From Octopus bimaculoides (Eukaryota): a DNA stretch of 64,000 bases. A program made the position numbers and the translations under genes. The DNA lies in the NCBI RefSeq assembly GCF_001194135.2, contig NC_068983.1:97541489-97605488 (forward strand), given 5' to 3'. Below are positions 11,988-25,814 of this stretch, one piece after another (positions within the stretch are counted from its first letter, which is position 1; each line of letters begins with the position of its first letter). The notes under the pieces are model-generated. The model worked only from the letters and a program-made list of their open reading frames with translations, was not told where the DNA came from and searched no databases.

Positions 11988-12129
11988 ATAACCTTCGAAC
12001 AGATAGTCGGCAGCGCCGCCTGGCTGGAGCTTGGCTGCTCTGCATTGACAAGGGGCAACACCTTGAAACTAGTCTGCAGATGCCAAACCAGCAAGGGGAA
12101 ACTGCTGACCTCCCCTGTTCGAAGGTTAT
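11988..12129 (+). other. GC-rich fold-back island closed by a perfect 15-bp inverted repeat
   Basis: ATAACCTTCGAACAG (11988-12002) / CTGTTCGAAGGTTAT (12115-12129). Internal hairpins GCAGC/GCTGC, TCTGCA/TGCAGA and CAGCA/TGCTG. Confidence 0.75.
12039..12080 (+). ncRNA. Type-I hammerhead-ribozyme-like motif (decayed or variant core)
   Basis: Stem I TCTGCA, core TTGACAA, stem II GGGG-CAACA-CCTT, GAAA, palindromic stem III (A)CTAG(T), GTC cleavage triplet, stem I' TGCAGA. Confidence 0.5.
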
Positions 12130-13006
12130 AAAGGACACAGGTTTCGTGTGTCACATAGCTAGCTAGAGGCGATGGCTTCTTGGAGCTAATTCACGGCAGC
12201 TTTCGTCCTAATTTTGGGACTGCCATGTTGGCTTGGCGATAACTATTAATTTCCAGTACCGCTGCCGTAGTCTCCTTTAGAGAGACTTAGAAATATTAAT
12301 AACTTTATATATATANNNNNNNNNNNNNNNNNNNNNNNNNNNNNNNNNNNNNNNNNNNNNNNNNNNNNNNNNNNNNNNNNNNNNNNNNNNNNNNNNNNNN
12401 NNNNNNNNNNNNNNNNNNNNNNNNNNNNNNNNNNNNNNNNNNNNNNNNNNNNNNNNNNNNNNNNNNNNNNNNNNNNNNNNNNNNNNNNNNNNNNNNNNNN
12501 NNNNNNNNNNNNNNNNNNNNNNNNNNNNNNNNNNNNNNNNNNNNNNNNNNNNNNNNNNNNNNNNNNNNNNNNNNNNNNNNNNNNNNNNNNNNNNNNNNNN
12601 NNNNNNNNNNNNNNNNNNNNNNNNNNNNNNNNNNNNNNNNNNNNNNNNNNNNNNNNNNNNNNNNNNNNNNNNNNNNNNNNNNNNNNNNNNNNNNNNNNNN
12701 NNNNNNNNNNNNNNNNNNNNNNNNNNNNNNNNNNNNNNNNNNNNNNNNNNNNNNNNNNNNNNNNNNNNNNNNNNNNNNNNNNNNNNNNNNNNNNNNNNNN
12801 NNNNNNNNNNNNNNNNNNNNNNNNNNNNNNNNNNNNNNNNNNNNNNNNNNNNNNNNNNNNNNNNNNNNNNNNNNNNNNNNNNNNNNNNNNNNNNNNNNNN
12901 NNNNNNNNNNNNNNNNNNNNNNNNNNNNNNNNNNNNNNNNNNNNNNNNNNNNNNNNNNNNNNNNNNNNNNNNNNNNNNNNNNNNNNNNNNNNNNNNNNNN
13001 NNNNNN

Positions 13007-13037
<31 letters not shown>

Positions 13038-13554
13038 ACACAAACACTGTACATACATATCAAACCTCTTCACAGTTTTTATCTACAAAGTTCACTCACA
13101 AACTATTGGTCGGTCTTTGACTAAAGTAGAAGGCATTTATCCATTGGGCTTGAATCCAAAATCACACTTGTGCAAAGGGAACTTTTTAAACACATAGCCA
13201 TACCTGAGTTGATAGAATTTATAAAATACCTTCCAGTGCTGTATTGATAATGCTTAGAATAATAACCGTATCCGAAATATGATAGTGTAGATCTCCTCTC
13301 GACAGGACAACTTATATCATATAGTTAAGTACTTCAGAGCCATGAAATGGTAATTTTTATAGGGAAGTGAGGAGGGAATATGTTTGGTAAAAATATGAAT
13401 GTCTGACGTCTATAGTTTTCTTGAAGTCTTTTAGAAACACAATTCATTTGAAATACGACAGAGTGACTTTGTCTATATAAAACTAATTAATTTGATAACG
13501 TACTAGAAAAATTAATGGAAGTTACCTTTAATTGAACATACAATGCATCACGAT

Positions 13555-13765
13555 TCACTGCACAAGAACCTCCTAAGAGGTAGTGTAGAGGAAAGGAGAG
13601 CAAGAGACCATCAAAGACGGTTGTAGACTAACGGTATCAAACAATGGATTGTGAAACGATAACGTGGTTGATTATATGCATGCCGCACAACGCAGAGGGA
13701 ACCCAGAGAGTCTTGGTAAGCTGACCTCTGGACATAGGTAGGGCATCTGGCTGATGACTGATGAA
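13555..13765 (+). mobile_element. RTE-clade LINE 3' end fossil
   Basis: LHKNLLRGSVEERRARDHQRRL*TNGIKQW resembles the RTE C-terminal ILQGKVEGKRGRGRPRRRWTDNIKEW; ends in CTGATGACTGATGA. Confidence 0.6.
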
Positions 13766-14313
13766 GTAAATAATGCTGGAGATATTTTATAATTCTGTTC
13801 AGAACAACATTCCCTCCACTGTTTGTCGAGTATAGGAGAATAAATGCAACTTCGACACGCGAGTTAAAATACAGATAAAAATCTTACAGATTAGCATCAA
13901 TTGTGTCATCATGCTGTGCCAACTCAAACTAATATTGGCACGTTCTTGTACTTGTTGAAAACATCGTTATGAAATGAAGTATTTATTAGTATTCAAAAGC
14001 TGCAGTGTGAGAGACCGAGAGGAGTAGAAAATAAGTGTGATATGGTGATAAACTTCGACATTTTTTTTTATGAGTTTTGCTCTCAACGATAGAGTCCAAT
14101 TAGTTATGGACACATAAATCAGTTTAAAGTTAATTATGTATGATATAATGTTAACTTTAGCACTGCGAAATGTACAATTAGCGAGTGTTTTGAAGAATAT
14201 TCACAGGGGAGGTGTTACGTTCAGCGGAGTAATCTGTATGATCGCATATATGTCTTTATTTACGATTACTGCTCCTTTCACGTAATGATAGTAAAGGTGT
14301 AATGAGTAATTAC

Positions 14314-14352
<39 letters not shown>

Positions 14353-14973
14353 NNNNNNNNNNNNNNNNNNNNNNNNNNNNNNNNNNNNNNNNNNNNNNNN
14401 NNNNNNNNNNNNNNNNNNNNNNNNNNNNNNNNNNNNNNNNNNNNNNNNNNNNNNNNNNNNNNNNNNNNNNNNNNNNNNNNNNNNNNNNNNNNNNNNNNNN
14501 NNNNNNNNNNNNNNNNNNNNNNNNNNNNNNNNNNNNNNNNNNNNNNNNNNNNNNNNNNNNNNNNNNNNNNNNNNNNNNNNNNNNNNNNNNNNNNNNNNNN
14601 NNNNNNNNNNNNNNNNNNNNNNNNNNNNNNNNNNNNNNNNNNNNNNNNNNNNNNNNNNNNNNNNNNNNNNNNNNNNNNNNNNNNNNNNNNNNNNNNNNNN
14701 NNNNNNNNNNNNNNNNNNNNNNNNNNNNNNNNNNNNNNNNNNNNNNNNNNNNNNNNNNNNNNNNNNNNNNNNNNNNNNNNNNNNNNNNNNNNNNNNNNNN
14801 NNNNNNNNNNGAGAGAGAGAGAAGGAGAGAGAGAGAAGGAGAGAGAGAGAAGGAGAGAGAGAGAAGGAGAGAGAGAGAAGGAGAGAGAGAGAAGGAGAGA
14901 GAGAGTATACACAAATGCAAGGGTTACACGTAATATGTTTTTGTTTTGTTTTTATTTCTTAGTCTGAAAGGAT

Positions 14974-15030
14974 ATGGCAGTACTTTTAAATGTTCTCAAC
15001 ATAGGAGTCAGTAGTATCGCATGTGGCCAG
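14974..15030 (+). CDS. Candidate first coding exon (exon 14963-15030) of an unidentified gene; encodes MAVLLNVLNIGVSSIACGQ
   Basis: Strong acceptor TTTTGTTTTTATTTCTTAG| ending at 14962 and consensus donor CAG|GTAAGT at 15031. Only the ATG frame (context GATATGG, in-frame TGA just upstream) reaches the donor without a stop. No homology recognised. Confidence 0.45.
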
Positions 15031-15399
15031 GTAAGTCGCTATTTATTTTGAATTATTTCGGGTTAATGATGAATCAAGGAAATGTGAGATGTAGCAAAAA
15101 ATCCAGTTGAATACAGTAACGGACTTAAAACTTTGTATGGCAGAGCGAGACGATAAGTAACAAGAAGATATGCCTACTGTATAGCGATAAAGAAACAGAT
15201 TTAGAGTACCAGAGTAGATGTAGTGTAATGGATACATTAACAGACTTTCAGGCAATCACACTCGGAGTGACAATAAATAGTATGATGCATCCAGGATATG
15301 GGTGCAATAGTTCAAATAGATAATAGCGCATGTTGAGAAAGTGGGTGGTTTCTATTTGACAGCAAAATATACATAATAATTATTTCTCTTAAAGGAACA

Positions 15400-15790
15400 A
15401 TGCCTGAAATTTTAGTGGAAGAGTGATAGTCGATTACATTGACACCGGTGTTCAGCTGGTAATTATGTTACCGGCCCCTAAAGGATGAAACGCAAAAACG
15501 ACCTCGAGGGATCTGAACTCAGAGCATGAAACCAAAAGAAATGATGCGAAGCATTTTGCCGAGCGTGCTAACGATTCTGTTATTAATATTGGTTTCAAAT
15601 TTCGGCACAAGCCCAGCAATTTCGAGGAGCGGCTAAGTTAATTACGTCAACTAGTACTTACTTATCGATCCCGTAAAAAGGTGAAAGACAACGTAGACCT
15701 CGGCGGAATTTGAGCTCAAAGCATAAACACGGACGAAATGTCGGTAAGTATTTTGTCCGGCGTGCTAACGATACAGCCAGCTCGCCGTCT
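15400..15790 (-). mobile_element. Two adjacent diverged SINE family A copies
   Basis: Two successive GACCTCG..GGAA(T)TTGA.CTCA...GCATTTTG.CCG.GCGTGCTAACGAT blocks. Confidence 0.7.
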
Positions 15791-16395
15791 TATACTTATA
15801 CTTATAATCATAATTAAACTCCTAATGATACAATTACAATATTGTAGGAATAGTAGTCAAATCTACATCAATTTACATACTACCATCCTTGAAAAAAAAT
15901 ACATAATATATTGGAGTATGTTTTCAAATATAGGACGTGTGAAAAAAAGTATAGTATAGTAACAGGTAAATATTTTCCGTTATGATTATCTAATACGATG
16001 ACTACAAGACTTTTTTGTCGTGGAAACTTAAAGCGAATTTCAAACAAGAAAAAAAAAATCGAAGGATCCATAATTCTGTTTTTTGAAAACCTACCACCAC
16101 CTTAATTTGATTAAATCATAAAAACTTAAATCGAAAAACCAAAAATCGTTCAGAGGTAGAATGTATTTAAGAAAATGAGATGGATACAATAAGTTCTTAT
16201 TTTGAAAATAGTAAATGGCATTTGTTTAATAAAATAACATTTGATTAAATTTTGTTGAAAACATCTTTTCTCGCAGAATCAGAGAATTTACTTAGAGAGC
16301 TATAGGGTTTCTCGTAACCCTCTTTGTGAAAAACTGCTTTTATACATTGTGAATTAAGTGGGGTTTAAACTCTAATAATATTCAAGATAACGTGA

Positions 16396-16612
16396 AGGCG
16401 GCGAGCTGGTAGGATCGTCATCACGCTGGACAAAAGGTTTTCAGTATTTTGTACGGTTTTACGTGCTGAGTTCAAACTCCACCAAGGTCGACTTTACCAT
16501 TTATCCCTTTCGGGGTTGACAAAATAAGTACTAGTTGAGTACAAGTGGGGGGGGGCGACCTAATTGACCTATCCCTGCCAAAAAACTGCTAGCCTTGTGC
16601 CAAACCTTGAAA
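16396..16612 (+). mobile_element. SINE family A
   Basis: AGGCGGCGAGCTGGTAGGATCGTCATCACGC...GAGTTCAAACTCCACCAAGGTCGAC. Confidence 0.8.
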
Positions 16613-17127
16613 GGAATATCTAAAATAACAGGTTCACTATTTCAACCAAACGGTTGTTTTTCAAATTGAACCGAATAGCTAAGGATCACCTGGTCTCAAT
16701 ATACAAATAAATATATTGTAAAAGAACAATTTATTCGTGAACGCTTGGTATGCATGTGTCTTTATGTCAAGGAACATACGTGAGAAAATTGCTGCCGGGA
16801 GACAAAACGAAATCAAGTTGCCTTTGTGATTTTCTCGACAAGAACGAATTTTCCCGTAATGAGTCAAGTATGGTTCCCCAGCAATATTGAAATATAGCAA
16901 TGTTAACAATCAAGATCTTTATATGTTGTTTGTTATTAGTTTTTAAATAGTTTTTTTTTTACTTGTTATTTTGTCTTTCTAAGAAATTAATTTTTGTTTC
17001 AGTCACGTTTTATAACAGATAAAAAAAAAAACCCAAAAAAAGAAAAAAAGCCAAAGATATGAGCATTTCTAGTGTGTTTGTATGTGCGTCGTTTTTAATT
17101 TTCTGTTATTTTTATTTATTTATTCAT

Positions 17128-17162
<35 letters not shown>

Positions 17163-17638
17163 TTTTTGTTCATTTACTGTTCATTTAGTGTTATCGACAT
17201 CAAAGAAGACAAAGTGAGAGAAAAAAAGAGAGGGAAACAGAGAAAAGAAAAGCGTTATTATTAAGTGGAGAAGAGAAGACAGAAGCAACAGTTATTATAG
17301 TCGCAAAGTTTCAGTAATATCAGCGAAAACCAATTACTCTCTGGGCGGAGGTAGGAATTGTGTGGAGATAGACTTGAAGATAAACAAATGACATTGTACT
17401 CAACATTATTATTTCTTTCTAATATTTTCAACTCGGCATTTCTTTTATCCCCTTCAAACAATTCTCGTTAATCACATTTATGTTCTTCTGTTGTTCGTTT
17501 TCTTCCTTTTTTTTTTTGTTTCCGTCTTTTCTTGTTTTTTGTTTATTACTCTATGTATACTGTTGGTGTTGGTGTTGTTGTTTTCGTAATCAGCCTTATG
17601 CTTATACTGGTACCACGTCACAAATGCTGCAGCTGCAT

Positions 17639-17671
<33 letters not shown>

Positions 17672-17746
17672 AAATTACAACCACCACCACCACTACTACT
17701 ACCATTACTACTGCTGCTGCTACTACTATCATCGACTCTAATATTC

Positions 17747-17957
17747 TTTTCAACTCTAGGCACAAGGCCCGAAATTTTTCGGAGGAGGGCCAGTCGATTA
17801 GATCGACCCCAGTACGTAAATGGTACTTAATTTATCGACCCCGAAAGGATGAAAGGCAAAGTCAACCTCGGCGGAATTTGAACTCAGAACGTAGCTGCAG
17901 ACGAAATACCGCAAAGCATTTCGCCCGGCGTACTAACGTTTCTGCCAGCTCGCCGCC
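17747..17957 (-). mobile_element. SINE family A, near consensus
   Basis: CTCTAGGCACAAGGCCCGAAATT...GAATTTGAACTCAGAACGTAGC...CTGCCAGCTCGCCGCC. Confidence 0.9.
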
Positions 17958-19440
17958 ATCATTGACTCTAATATTAAATACTAAAACCACTGTTGCTTCC
18001 ACCAGTTATAACTACTTTTACTACATTACCACCACCACCACCACCACTACTACTACTTTACGAAATTAGTTTGTAATATAGTCACACGGCCATAAACAAC
18101 GTCGGTGGAAACAATCGATTAAATCAACATTAGTATTTAATAGGTATTTATTTTATCAACTCCAGAACTCAGCAAGAATTGAACATGAAATATAGGGGGG
18201 GGACGTCCCTAAATACTGTAAAGCATATCGTCGATTGTTGTGTCGAACAAGCTAATATGGCATGGAAACAGGTTTTTTTGGTAATTCAGTGAAGTGAAGT
18301 GATTTTAATTTTGCGTTCTAATCGCTCATTTACTGCGTCAGTATCATTGGGTAAAAAAACACAGTAAATAGACTAAGATTAAACTTGTCTGGAAAAGTGT
18401 TAACTCTTTAGAATTTAAACCGGATATATCTATCCCAAATCTTCTACCCGTGTATGTTTAAACTAACCCTTTCCGGCCTCTAACACCTACCCTGTAATGT
18501 CGTTCTAAACATAAAATATCATCTCATCATTGAAATGTCGAAGCTGCCAGGTAATGCATGGTTGTGTAGCAAGAAGCTTGCTCCCCAACCACATGGTTCC
18601 GGAAATAAAGTTATACACAAAATCAGAGAACAAGTAATTACTACTTGAACTAAGACAGGGGTTGCAGCAATATAAACGCCTTATTTTGTTTAAATGCTAT
18701 AAATAATGTTCAAATGAATTACGTACATACTATTCTTTTACAATTTATGTCTATGAATATAAAACTGCACGTACGCACACACCACGCTCGCGCACGCACT
18801 TAATAAATTATCATGAGTACGTTAAGCATTGGGAATCAAATCATAATGATGTATATATTCATTCTTATCGTGTTCCGGTAAATTTGAGCATTCATCTTTT
18901 AACTGCTGGTGTAATTGACGTTGAAAGAAAATTCTGTATTTAGACGTTGTATGTTGACAACGCACACAGTGCAACGCGTCTTCCTTTTACTTTAATATGG
19001 TGAGATACAATTGTAAGATATTTGTCTTTTAATTCAAGGAAATAGAATCTCTCCAGTTGATTCACTCCCATGGTACACAGCCGTGTTATGTACATTGCAA
19101 ACTCTTACCAAATAATATTTTAAAAACAAGTATATTGAAATGCAAAAAATTCTCTCTTAATTATGGCGCCAAAGAACAACAAAAAACATTTTCATTTGCG
19201 TCAACGAACCGTATAATTTGGAAGTGATAACACAATGGCTAACTCGTATTTTAATAAAAAAAAAAAGTATTTTTTAAAATGTGTTTAAAATATAATTATT
19301 GTACCTGTTTGAAATATTTTATTTCTAAGAAACATCACAAATCTTCTAAACAACCTTTTGGTGTTGGCACCCTCCTATAAATTCACAAGACCTCCAAGGG
19401 TAAACATCGCCTAGGTTAAGATGAATCACTGGTTTAAGTA

Positions 19441-19656
19441 CAAGGAATGCTGAAAAGTTCCTGGCTTTGGGTCAAAGAAAATACAGCAGGATCACTTAAC
19501 TGTGATTTTATTTAACATATTCTTCGCTCAGCTTCACACATTTATTGCAACGGTCCTTCAGTTTTTCTAAGCCCTGTAAAAGAACTCGGAATGCTGGGCC
19601 TCCAGTCAAGCTTTTTCCAATACCCTTAAAGTCAGGAACTTTTCGGCATCCCCTTG
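19441..19656. mobile_element. Mariner-type MITE (about 216 bp) flanked by TA
   Basis: TA-CAAGGAATGCTGAAAAGTTCCTGGCTTT ... AAAGTCAGGAACTTTTCGGCATCCCCTTG-TA: imperfect TIRs of about 28 bp, no ORF. Confidence 0.85.
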
Positions 19657-19699
19657 TAAGTATATGTGTAAATGTGTTTTAATAAAGTGATAAATTAAG

Positions 19700-19900
19700 A
19701 CAGCGAACCGGCAGAATCGTTGCGCACCGAACAAAGTCCTTAGCGGCATTTCTTTACTCTCTGATTGCAAATTCGGCCGAGTTCGAGTTTTCCGTTTATC
19801 CTTTCAGGGTCGATAAAATAGATACCGGTAGGGTGCTGTGATCGATGTAATCAACTAACCTTTTCCCTAAAAATTGCTGAGCTTCTGCCAAAATTTGACA
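19700..19900 (+). mobile_element. SINE family A, diverged
   Basis: GACAGCGAACCGGCAGAATCGTTGCGCACCG...TCCTTTCAGGGTCGATAAAATAG. Confidence 0.65.
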
Positions 19901-20750
19901 CCAATTTATGAGATAAATCGACAGTGTCGCTGGATGCTCAAATAGGGTGCTTCCTGATATTTGATCACAGTTCACGGTGATCTAAGTTCAAACCCTACCG
20001 ATTTAAACAACTTTGCATCTCGGGAAGTGTTCAGTGGTAACCCCACACATTTTCTCCAAGTATAAAAAAAGGTACACTTAATAATGGGTCAGAAACCTCT
20101 ACTGACAGAAAAGAAAAAAAAAGTGGTGACAGACATTCAACTGGAACCGTCAAAGAGGACCCGCTGTGTAGTACATCACTGAACGGCAATAAAAATAAAG
20201 AAACAGAAAGTCTCTTTTAATAGAGGATCAAGTAGGAGGGCGCTGGATAACATAATCGATGTACAGAGCCTGAGAGAATGCTGAGTCGATATAATCTATC
20301 GAAGCAAATTCGGGGCTGTGTACATACAGAATAAGACTTTCAATACAAGCGAGAGTGTGAATATATCCTCGCGTGAGTACGTGCATAGGTGTACTTCCAA
20401 TTCCTAACTCATTACTTTGCATTTATTCTTCCTGAATTTAACGAACTCTTCCTAAATCCCCATACGTCACAGTCGCGATAGCGGAGGAAGTGAGAATGGA
20501 TATGTGTAGGTGTGTGACTGTATATGTGTGTGTAACAGAGTGTGTGTGTGTGTGTCTGTGTGCGTGTGTGCGTGTCTGTGTGCGTGTCTGTATGTCTGTG
20601 TGCGTGTCTGTGTATGTGTGTTAATCTCTCCATGTCTGTGCTAGTGTATCTGTATACTTGTTTATATGAGGAAGCATATTCGAACATCTGCACTTCTGTA
20701 TTCTATATACAGCAACACTGCATTGCTATATACGTCTTAGAGTGTAATGT

Positions 20751-20784
<34 letters not shown>

Positions 20785-21007
20785 TTTTACATACACACAC
20801 ATACACACTCATTATATATATATGTGATTATGGAATTATGTGTATGATGTGTGTGTGTGTGNNNNNNNNNNNNNNNNNNNNNNNNNNNNNNNNNNNNNNN
20901 NNNNNNNNNNNNNNNNNNNNNNNNNNNNNNNNNNNNNNNNNNNNNNNNNNNNNNNNNNNNNNTATATATATATATATATATATGTGATTATGGAATTATG
21001 TGTATGA

Positions 21008-21039
<32 letters not shown>

Positions 21040-21812
21040 CGCGCGCGCGTGTACAAGCGCATTCTGCATATCTATATGTGTTCGGGCAATTCTGCTATGT
21101 ACGTATATGTGAAGGGAGAGAAAGCAAGCTAGTGTCGATATAAAAAAAAAAATTATTGTTGTAATGACTTTTGAACTAGCATAAGCTTACATTTATTTCT
21201 GTCAGGCACTCCGTCAGAAACATCCGGGGTAAATACTACCACATCTCTCCTTATTACATATACACATACATTCAACTCGCTTCAGCCCTGCTTTTACACC
21301 ACCAACGTGGTCGACAAAGGGATTAAAGAACCATGGACAACACTAATCTCTTTAGCATACGGTTTATTAACCTTTAGCGTACGTATCTAATTCCCATCAA
21401 GCTCAGTTAATGCCAGCGACATCTGTTGGAGACTTACAAGAAACAACTAACCTTGTTGTATCTTAGCAAAAGAAAGAGAGGAAGAGGGAAAGAAAAAGAA
21501 AGCGTGTGAGTAAGTAAGAGAGAGAGAGAAAGAGAGAGAACATGGGAGAAGAAAATAGCGTAAAGTAAGAACGGGTATTAGACACACACTGAGAGTGATG
21601 CTCGTCAGTCAACATTTTGAAACGAAGCTGATGATAGGTGGGGAAATAACAATTGCTTGCCGAAAGAGATATTAAAAGAGAAACGGCGGGGTGGGATAAA
21701 GTGAAGGAAAATGTTAATTTCAAACTAAAACATCGGCTGTAATATAGGATAATAATCTTCAGATATCAGTTGTCAACAAATTTCACTTCTCAAGGTGTAT
21801 TATCTATTGCTG

Positions 21813-21877
<65 letters not shown>

Positions 21878-22934
21878 NNNNNNNNNNNNNNNNNNNNNNN
21901 NNNNNNNNNNNNNNNNNNNNNNNNNNNNNNNNNNNNNNNNNNNNNNNNNNNNNNNNNNNNNNNNNNNNNNNNNNNNNNNNNNNNNNNNNNNNNNNNNNNN
22001 NNNNNNNNNNNNNNNNNNNNNNNNNNNNNNNNNNNNNNNNNNNNNNNNNNNNNNNNNNNNNNNNNNNNNNNNNNNNNNNNNNNNNNNNNNNNNNNNNNNN
22101 NNNNNNNNNNNNNNNNNNNNNNNNNNNNNNNNNNNNNNNNNNNNNNNNNNNNNNNNNNNNNNNNNNNNNNNNNNNNNNNNNNNNNNNNNNNNNNNNNNNN
22201 NNNNNNNNNNNNNNNNNNNNNNNNNNNNNNNNNNNNNNNNNNNNNNNNNNNNNNNNNNNNNNNNNNNNNNNNNNNNNNNNNNNNNNNNNNNNNNNNNNNN
22301 NNNNNNNNNNNNNNNNNNNNNNNNNNNNNNNNNNNNNNNNNNNNNNNNNNNNNNNNNNNNNNNNNNNNNNNNNNNNNNNNNNNNNNNNNNNNNNNNNNNN
22401 NNNNNNNNNNNNNNNNNNNNNNNNNNNNNNNNNNNNNNNNNNNNNNNNNNNNNNNNNNNNNNNNNNNNNNNNNNNNNNNNNNNNNNNNNNNNNNNNNNNN
22501 NNNNNNNNNNNNNNNNNNNNNNNNNNNNNNNNNNNNNNNNNNNNNNNNNNNNNNNNNNNNNNNNNNNNNNNNNNNNNNNNNNNNNNNNNNNNNNNNNNNN
22601 NNNNNNNNNNNNNNNNNNNNNNNNNNNNNNNNNNNNNNNNNNNNNNNNNNNNNNNNNNNNNNNNNNNNNNNNNNNNNNNNNNNNNNNNNNNNNNNNNNNN
22701 NNNNNNNNNNNNNNNNNNNNNNNNNNNNNNNNNNNNNNNNNNNNNNNNNNNNNNNNNNNNNNNNNNGTGAAATACGTAGCGATATTCTGTCTGAGTTCAA
22801 ATTCTTCCAAGGTCGACTTCGCTTCCAATCTTTTCGGGGTCGATGAAATAAGTACCAGTTTAACACTGGAGTCAATGTAATCAACTACCCCTTCTCCCAA
22901 ATTTCAGGCCTTGTGCCTAGAGTAGAAAGGGTCA

Positions 22935-24345
22935 TTATTATCTCTCATTATCACAGATTTTGTTGGAGCTCCTGGAGTCTTACATGCGTAGCGGACTTGC
23001 CACCAACGGCCTACGGTACCATGCTATCTATTATTTTCAGCTATATAATACTTTCCTGATTATTCTGGCCGTGCCAATGAGGCAAACCTTTTGTAACAGT
23101 TCTACTGGCACTCCAATTTCCTTCATATTCCCCTTGATGCCTTCTGATACTGTTCCCAAGGATCCAACAATAATTGGCACTATCTTCACCTTCTTCATTT
23201 TCCATAGCCGGGCTATTTTGTACTTAAAATAGTTGTATTTATCTTTCTTTTCGCCTTGTTTACTATTCGTGGGTCAAAGGGACATGCAACAGCAACTATA
23301 TAGCATATGTGGTGCACCTTGTCCACCACCACTAGGTCCGATCTGTTATGCTCTAGTACCTGATCTGTTTGAAATGGGAAATCTCAGACCATTTTACTAG
23401 TCTCTGACTCTTTCACTCTCTGAGATTTGTGCTCGTACCACGTCTTGCCTCTCTCTAGCCCTTACTTTCCGCAGTTTCCAATGTAGCACTTACGCTACCT
23501 GATTGTGTCGCCACAACTTGTAATCGTTTGGTTGTAATCGTTTGGTTGTCCTTCCAATTCGTGGCCAAAGCTTGGTCTCGCGCTACCAGTATAGTGCTCT
23601 CGGTCTCTTTTTTTTAAGGGTTCCTTCCATCAACCAATCCCACTTATTTTTCCAGCAATTTGTGTTGTGGCTGCATGGAATTGATTGTGTAGTTCCTTCT
23701 TGCGTAATCCCTTCTTCAAGTCCTCTTTGTACTTCTTACTTTGTTTTCCCTTTTTTCTCTGCTTTCAATACTCCCTTGTTCCTAACTGTCACTAGCAAGG
23801 TTTCCTTACTTTGGGCTAGGTATCTCATTAAAATCTTCAGTTCGATACGCTGCAGTCTTTCACACTCATCAGCCCCTTATTCTATTTGCTCTCTTCATGT
23901 ATAGGTAATCAGTGTCTGCACGTGAATGATGGGCACCATGCACCGTTAAGAGCTTTCTTGACTTCCTCTCCATCTCCTTTAGCTTCTCCTCTGTCCACTT
24001 CAGGTTTCCAGCGCCATACCGAACTATTGCGACTGCGAACGAGTTTATTGCCGAAATTATGCTTCTGGCATTCAGCTTTGAAGCCAATATCTTCCTCACT
24101 CGCCGCAGGTACTCTCTTGTTGTCTTGGTGTTTGATTTCATCTGTCTCAAGCATTCCCAGATATTTATAGCTCGATTGAGGTTAAATTGCCTTCATCATT
24201 TCACCACCTGGGAAGCATATGCCTTCTGTTCTGAAAAGCTTTCTTCGTCTCATCTCCATCGTAGAACATTTTGAGAGTCCAAATTCCATCTTAATATCAT
24301 TCAAATCCGCACAAACTGGACTAGGTTTGTGAATAGCTTGTCTGT
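22935..24345 (-). mobile_element. R4/Dong-type non-LTR retrotransposon, 5'-truncated fossil (post-RT region plus RLE endonuclease)
   Basis: DIKMEFGLSKCS; TREYLRRVRKILASKLNARSIISAINSFAVAIVRYGAGNLKWTEEKLKEMERKSRKLLTVHGAHHSRADTDYLYMKR; LEHNRPDIVVVDK; IARLWKMKKVKIVPIIVGSLGTVS..LLQKVCLIGTARIIRKVL. Confidence 0.85.
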
Positions 24346-24545
24346 GTGACAAGCGTGTTTACACGTGTTGTGCGAGTGACGGAGGTGACAAATAGTGAAA
24401 ATACATCGTTTCATTCAGAAAATAGAAATAAATTTTAATGAGTTTAATAGTCCAACTCTTTGTCAGTTATTTTAGGCTCCATTTATTATCTTTTGGATAG
24501 ATTTCGGAGCAGTGTTTTATCTCTCTCACATGTTAAACGTCCCCA

Positions 24546-25790
<1,245 letters not shown>

Positions 25791-25814
25791 TCATAGATCC
25801 TGACCCAGAAGCGT

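Noticed and set aside
12130-12260. Second, antisense hammerhead (which would imply a viroid-like ambisense RNA)
   Set aside because: Stem II, GAAA and a possible stem III exist, but the CUGANGA core (CATGGCA here) and stem I are missing.
20815-21022. Direct repeat ATGTGATTATGGAATTATGTGTATGATGTG on both sides of a gap
   Set aside because: Most likely a gap-flank assembly duplication.
21206-21228. 23-nt microexon candidate (TTTCTGTCAG|GCACTC...CCGGG|GTAAAT)
   Set aside because: Splice-like signals of this strength are common by chance; no supporting homology.
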